The position numbers and the translations under genes are program-made. Shown piece after piece: positions 59,728 to 64,000 of a stretch of DNA of 64,000 nt. Below the pieces are notes generated by a model. It did not search any database and was not told the DNA's origin. It saw only the letters and a list, made by a program, of their open reading frames with translations. The stretch is from Euryarchaeota archaeon UBA23 (GTDB lineage Archaea; Thermoplasmatota; Poseidoniia; Poseidoniales; Thalassarchaeaceae), in assembly GCA_002498725.1 (NCBI GenBank), contig DAIJ01000032.1, forward strand, positions 64,705 to 128,704, in the 5' to 3' direction. The stretch's first letter is position 1. Each line of letters opens with the position of its first letter.

Positions 59728-60332
59728 AACAATGGAAGTGCAATACTAATAGCAATTGTAAACATTATGATTGCAATCCCACCGTCGATATACCTCCAAG
59801 ACTTTGGATTTTCCATCAAGGGAGATAGCAACCTTGCTCCATATCCTAGACTGAAGAAGAATATGAATGAAGCAAGAGCAGCACCGATTCCGAAAATTTC
59901 TCGTTCTGGTCCATCGTATCTTGAAGATGCAGTACCCAATAATACTAGAGTATCTAAGTACACATGTGGGTTTAACCATGTAAATGCCAATGTTGTAAAT
60001 ACAACTGTAGATAGATTTTCATCTTCACTCTCTGAAATATATATTGCTTCAGGGTCTAGTGCAGATCTCACTCTAAGAATTCCATAAAAAACGAGGAAAA
60101 CTATTGCAGCCATTGAAATCCAAAAAGCACCTTGCTCATATTCGGCCAACCAAGCTCCAACTCCGAGAACTCCAGCGGCAATTAACGTGGCATCAGAAAT
60201 TGCACAAATACAACATACTACAAAAATGTGTGAGCGGATTAATCCCTGTCGCAAAACAAAAGCATTCTGGGCTCCTATTGCTACAATAAGGCCCAAACTG
60301 ATTGCAAACCCTTCTATTGCTATGCTGAGCAC
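59724..60332 (-). CDS. LysE/RhtB-family amino-acid exporter
   Basis: 202 aa, 6 TM. N-terminal motif GLIVAIGAQNAFVLRQG, matching the LysE GPQN motif. Confidence 0.65.
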   Translation of the reverse strand: MLSIAIEGFAISLGLIVAIGAQNAFVLRQGLIRSHIFVVCCICAISDATLIAAGVLGVGAWLAEYEQGAFWISMAAIVFLVFYGILRVRSALDPEAIYISESEDENLSTVVFTTLAFTWLNPHVYLDTLVLLGTASSRYDGPEREIFGIGAALASFIFFFSLGYGARLLSPLMENPKSWRYIDGGIAIIMFTIAISIALPLF

Positions 60333-60387
60333 ACTTGGTCGAAAGCATTGACCTTGAAAATAGTTGAGGCTTAATAAAAACGACTAA

Positions 60388-60543
60388 TCATACCGATCTA
60401 CGTTCTTTCGCCTTGAGTCTTAGGCCAGTATAGCCACACTTTCTGCAGACTCGAACCTTGGTTCCACGATGTGTTGCACTGCAACGCATACAGATCCACT
60501 TGTCTAATAGACGCCGCTCTGCCTCTGGAAACCTCTGAGCCAT
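60388..60543 (-). CDS. rpl40e: 50S ribosomal protein L40e
   Basis: Manual minus-strand translation gives [51 protein letters not shown] (51 aa). It shows the classic L40e C4 zinc-ribbon pattern. Not in the ORF track (under 60 aa). Confidence 0.75.
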   Translation of the reverse strand: MAQRFPEAERRLLDKWICMRCSATHRGTKVRVCRKCGYTGLRLKAKERRSV

Positions 60544-60659
60544 ATGGTCGCGGCGACTTACCACTCATTGATAATTCATTCCCAAGGTGACCGACCCATA
60601 AACTATCATAATTGCTGCACCAATTAGTTCATACACCTTCCACATATCCCTTAGTTACG

Positions 60660-62006
60660 GTGCCTGCAACTGTAGTTCTTGGAGCCCAATGGGGTGACGA
60701 AGGAAAGGGGAAAGCAATTGACCAGTTGGCACCCCAATCCACATGGGCAGTTCGCTTTCAGGGTGGTAATAACGCAGGACATACAATTGTACTTGGAGAC
60801 ACTACAATAAAGCTCCATCAGATTCCTTCGGGTGTAACCTCTTCTCAATGTAATTTAGTCCTTGGAGATGGGATGGTAATTGACCCATGGGTGCTAGAAC
60901 AAGAATTAGACCGATGGCATGGTTTGACAGGTGAGAGGCCAGAGGGTGCTCGTCTTTTCATTTCAGAAAGAGCATCAGTAATACTTCCATTTCATCGACT
61001 ATATGATTCAGCAGATAAGGTGGTTGGTACTACAGGCCGTGGAATAGGTCCAGCATATCGTGATAGAATTGAGCGAGTAGGAATCAGGTTCGCAGATATC
61101 AAGGGAGTACTTGCGGACTCTGAAAAAATAGCAAATACCATTTCTCGTATGAATAAACAGTTGACAACAGTTGGTGTCGAAGAACAGATTGTTTCAGAAG
61201 ATTTACGAAAAGATCTTGAATGGATTCTTGATAGGTTTGGAGATGCTATAAAACCTACAGGTCAGATGGTGGATATTGCACTCCGTAATGGCGAAAATGT
61301 TCTACTTGAAGGGGCACAAGGAGCGCTTTTAGATATAGATCAAGGAACTTACCCATTCGTAACTTCAAGCGTAGTTGGTCGGGCCAACGCTACACATGGA
61401 GCTGGCATTCATCCTGGACACATTACTGAGTGCTTTGGTATAACAAAGGCATATTGTACCAGAGTAGGAAATGGGCCATTTCCAAGTGAACTATCTCTCA
61501 CCGAAGGGCCAGGTATGCATATGGCTCAGGTCGGTCATGAATTTGGAACTACCACAGGCCGACCACGCCGTACAGGTTGGCTTGATATCGTCGCTCTGAA
61601 GGATGCTCATAGAATAAGTGGCTACACTGGATTAGTAGTTACAAAGTTAGATGTTTTAGGAGGTCTTGACGAAATTAAAATTTGTATAGGTTACGAAATG
61701 GATGGTAAACCAATTAGTTTTGTTCCTACTTTGGCTGAAGATGTTGCTCGTTGCATTCCAGTCTATGAGACTCATTCTGGATTTCCACAGTTATCTGATG
61801 AGGATTGGATTGAGATGGCAGATCGTAGTAGGTCGGAATCATCTGGATACGATGTTATGCCTAGTACTGTACGCAACATAGTGGATAGAATCGAGAAATT
61901 GGCCGGAATTCCCGTAGTCTGTGTAGGAGTTGGCCCTGATCGTCGAGCATCTATTGCAAAGGTAGGAGGTCCTTTCGATATCGATTGGGCCGAGGTAAGT
62001 TTCTAA
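60660..62006 (+). CDS. purA: adenylosuccinate synthetase
   Basis: GAQWGDEGKGK P-loop and GNNAGHT, followed by PurA family motifs. The track ORF begins at 60612; the GTG at 60660 gives the canonical M-PATVVLGAQWGDEGKGK N-terminus. Confidence 0.85.
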   Translation: MPATVVLGAQWGDEGKGKAIDQLAPQSTWAVRFQGGNNAGHTIVLGDTTIKLHQIPSGVTSSQCNLVLGDGMVIDPWVLEQELDRWHGLTGERPEGARLFISERASVILPFHRLYDSADKVVGTTGRGIGPAYRDRIERVGIRFADIKGVLADSEKIANTISRMNKQLTTVGVEEQIVSEDLRKDLEWILDRFGDAIKPTGQMVDIALRNGENVLLEGAQGALLDIDQGTYPFVTSSVVGRANATHGAGIHPGHITECFGITKAYCTRVGNGPFPSELSLTEGPGMHMAQVGHEFGTTTGRPRRTGWLDIVALKDAHRISGYTGLVVTKLDVLGGLDEIKICIGYEMDGKPISFVPTLAEDVARCIPVYETHSGFPQLSDEDWIEMADRSRSESSGYDVMPSTVRNIVDRIEKLAGIPVVCVGVGPDRRASIAKVGGPFDIDWAEVSF

Positions 62007-62031
62007 TTTGATTAATTGGCCGGTGCGATAC

Positions 62032-62322
62032 ATGGGATTCAAGTCTAAGGCTCGTAAGAAGCGGGCTGCTGCAGACGTTGCATCCGGTAAATCTGGTAAG
62101 TCGGAGAAAGAGGAATTCGTAGGGCAAGTCCGTTGTCAAGTAGCTGGCTGTGGGGGTTTTGCAGACAAGAAAATAGGAGGACGTAGAATCGCATTTGACC
62201 GTGCGGCAGATGTCTGGGGTGAAGACGGCCTAGAGGGGCAATCACGTCGAGTATCAGTTTGCAAGGCTCATTACAGAGAATGGAAGAAGGCCAAGAAGGA
62301 CGACTTAGATGAGTGGTCCTAG
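62032..62322 (+). CDS. small basic hypothetical protein with putative C-x4-C ... C-x2-H zinc-binding motif
   Basis: About 97 aa from MGFKSKARKKR. Contains CQVAGC and CKAH. Immediately follows purA. Confidence 0.3.
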   Translation: MGFKSKARKKRAAADVASGKSGKSEKEEFVGQVRCQVAGCGGFADKKIGGRRIAFDRAADVWGEDGLEGQSRRVSVCKAHYREWKKAKKDDLDEWS

Positions 62323-62366
62323 AGTGATTCGTTATCCGTAATTTTGTTAGAGGCGATTCCTCACGA

Positions 62367-63998
62367 ATGATCATGTCAAGTCATCCTACCAATGAGCCAA
62401 TACTAGGGTATGCTCCTGGAAGTGAGGAAAGAAGAGCACTTCAAGCAGAGTTAGATCGTCAGATGGCAGAGGTCTTAGAGATACCTTGTATAATTAATGG
62501 CGAATCTGTTTTTACTGGTACAACAACAACGCAAGTAATCCCTCATAACCATGGTCATATTATTGCTAAGGTGCATCTTGCAGGTCGTGATGAAATGGAA
62601 GCCGCTTGTGCGGCTGCTGTATCTGCTCAAAAGGATTGGATAGATTTGGGATTAGAGGGTCGTTGTGCAATCTTTGAGCGTTGTGCTGATTTATTAGCCG
62701 GTGATTGGAGAATGAGAGTAAATGCTGCAACTATGCTTAACCAGTCCAAAACGGCTTTCCAAGCAGAGATTGATTCAGCTTGTGAATTGATCGATTTCTG
62801 GCGTTTTAACTGCCACTATGCTAGAGGATTTCATGCCGATTTCCAACCCCTAGTGTCTCCTCCAGGTGTTCAAAATTCTACTGAAATCCGCCCCTTGGAA
62901 GGATTTGTACTTTCAATAACTCCTTTCAATTTTTCAAGTATTGCTGCTAATCTACCTAGCGCTCCAGCCATTGTTGGCTGTACTGGTGTTTGGAAACCGA
63001 GTCGTAATTCATATCACTCAAATTATGTTTTGATGCAATTGATGATGGAAGCAGGACTTCCTGCAGGTGTTATTAATTTCTTACCCGGTTCTGGTGCAGA
63101 AATAACTGAAATTGCTCTGGCAAATCCAGACTTTGCAGGTCTACACTTTACCGGTTCTACTGCTACTTTCCAAGGGCTTTGGCAAGAGATAGGATTAGCC
63201 CTTCCGAATCTGAAATCATATCCTAGGATTGTCGGTGAGACCGGAGGTAAAGACTTCGTAGTAGCCCATCCAGATTGTGATCGTCAAGGACTTATCGTTG
63301 CTTTATTACGTGGTGCTTTTGAGTATCAAGGACAGAAGTGCTCGGCAGCCAGTAGAGCATATATTCCACAATCTGTTTGGGATGCTATATCTGAAGATCT
63401 AACTTCTGAGATTTCAAAAATTAAGATGGGTGATGCTCGTGACTTCACTAATTTCATGACAGCTGTAATTGATAAGCGTTCTTTTGACAAAATTTCTGGT
63501 TATATCGATAGGGCTGTAGAAAGAGAATCTTGCGAAATTGTTTGTGGTGGTAATTATGATTCATCAATCGGATATTTCATTGAGCCGACTATAATTGTTA
63601 CATCTGATCCGAACTCCGAATCAATGATTGAGGAGATATTTGGCCCAGTCTTAACTGTGTATGTATACGATGATGAAGACTTTGATGATGTTCTAAAGAT
63701 CTGTGACGAAGCCTCACCATATGCCCTTACAGGTTCTATTTTCTCAAGTAGTGAAGATAATATCCAAAAGGCATATGAAGTTCTACGTTTTACAGCAGGA
63801 AATTTCTACATAAATGACAAACCCACAGGAGCAGTAGTAGCCCAACAACCATTTGGAGGCGCGCGTGCTTCTGGGACTAATGACAAGGCAGGAGGTCCTC
63901 TAAATCTCCTAAGATGGATTAGCCCAAGATCAGTAAAAAGAACATTGGAAATTCCACAAGATTGGACTTACTCGTTCATGCTTCCTGATGAAAATTAA
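62367..63998 (+). CDS. 1-pyrroline-5-carboxylate (L-glutamate gamma-semialdehyde) dehydrogenase, ALDH superfamily
   Basis: 543 aa. ALDH catalytic Cys (QGQKCSAASRAYI) and Glu (VGETGGKDF) motifs. Size and N-terminal region typical of the P5CDH/RocA clade. Confidence 0.7.
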   Translation: MIMSSHPTNEPILGYAPGSEERRALQAELDRQMAEVLEIPCIINGESVFTGTTTTQVIPHNHGHIIAKVHLAGRDEMEAACAAAVSAQKDWIDLGLEGRCAIFERCADLLAGDWRMRVNAATMLNQSKTAFQAEIDSACELIDFWRFNCHYARGFHADFQPLVSPPGVQNSTEIRPLEGFVLSITPFNFSSIAANLPSAPAIVGCTGVWKPSRNSYHSNYVLMQLMMEAGLPAGVINFLPGSGAEITEIALANPDFAGLHFTGSTATFQGLWQEIGLALPNLKSYPRIVGETGGKDFVVAHPDCDRQGLIVALLRGAFEYQGQKCSAASRAYIPQSVWDAISEDLTSEISKIKMGDARDFTNFMTAVIDKRSFDKISGYIDRAVERESCEIVCGGNYDSSIGYFIEPTIIVTSDPNSESMIEEIFGPVLTVYVYDDEDFDDVLKICDEASPYALTGSIFSSSEDNIQKAYEVLRFTAGNFYINDKPTGAVVAQQPFGGARASGTNDKAGGPLNLLRWISPRSVKRTLEIPQDWTYSFMLPDEN

Positions 63999-64000
63999 CC

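Noticed and set aside
62008-62031. Upstream extension (MINWPVRY) of the small basic protein starting 2 nt after the purA stop
   Set aside because: The internal ATG at 62032 (MGFKSKARKKR) gives a typical basic N-terminus. The extension has no RBS or promoter spacing and probably reflects longest-ORF calling; the gene itself remains low confidence.

Overview
The window reads as a chromosomal segment of a roughly 40 % GC archaeon, plausibly a marine planktonic euryarchaeon of the Marine Group II / Thermoplasmatota type; I cannot confirm the lineage from sequence alone. Archaeal markers include ribosomal protein L40e (missing from the ORF track), membrane-bound LonB protease, UPF0147, Csl4, an NMD3-like protein, TrmI and an archaeal/eukaryotic-type AspRS. 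Bacterial-type genes sit alongside them: gyrBA, sufCBD, a FabH KAS-III, a CspA cold-shock protein, a CcmABC-type heme exporter and a Kv-beta-like aldo-keto reductase. Housekeeping content is tRNA-Ser(GCU), gyrB-gyrA, aroD, a sufCBD operon divergent from an Nfu-like gene, maf, purA, aspartyl/asparaginyl-tRNA synthetase, asd, PGI/PMI, P5C dehydrogenase and several oxidoreductases. About a quarter of the window encodes four giant type-I surface proteins: N-terminal signal peptide, C-terminal TM anchor and a short cytoplasmic tail. They are a 1382-aa HEXXH metallopeptidase with PKD repeats; a 1610-aa S8 subtilase with CARDB/PKD-like repeats; a 1669-aa protein with RCC1 propeller, about 25 ephrin-receptor-like Cys repeats and TSP3 calcium-binding repeats; and a 1056-aa protein with an N-terminal WCGPC thioredoxin domain. 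I found no CRISPR array, rRNA, integrase, transposase or recognisable prophage. Seven candidate systems stand out. First, a rhomboid protease sits directly upstream of, and on the same strand as, the giant subtilase, and both proteins end in cytoplasmic C-terminal CxxC...CxxC zinc ribbons. Second, an RmuC-like nuclease is encoded with a signal-less cytoplasmic M23 metallopeptidase in an overlapping gene pair. Third, Csl4 is fused to a second zinc ribbon, an RRM and an RGG tail. Fourth, a three-gene operon runs glutaminyl cyclase, a TM protein, then a thymidylate kinase with a 200-aa unknown C-terminal domain whose P-loop lies upstream of any canonical start codon. Fifth, a minimal ccmAB(fused)-ccmC-ccmD heme-export cluster lacks ccmEFGH. 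Sixth, a membrane-embedded Smr-domain protein is divergent from a DUF2085 membrane protein. Seventh, a 46-aa Cys-rich micro-ORF lies just downstream of sufD. Several perfect palindromes or hairpins sit in promoter or 5-prime regions (gyrB, suf/nfu, subtilase, lonB, csl4, the Trx-adhesin). A recurrent YATAGGG element lies 25 to 27 nt upstream of three start codons, which suggests leaderless transcripts with a lineage-specific TATA-like core.
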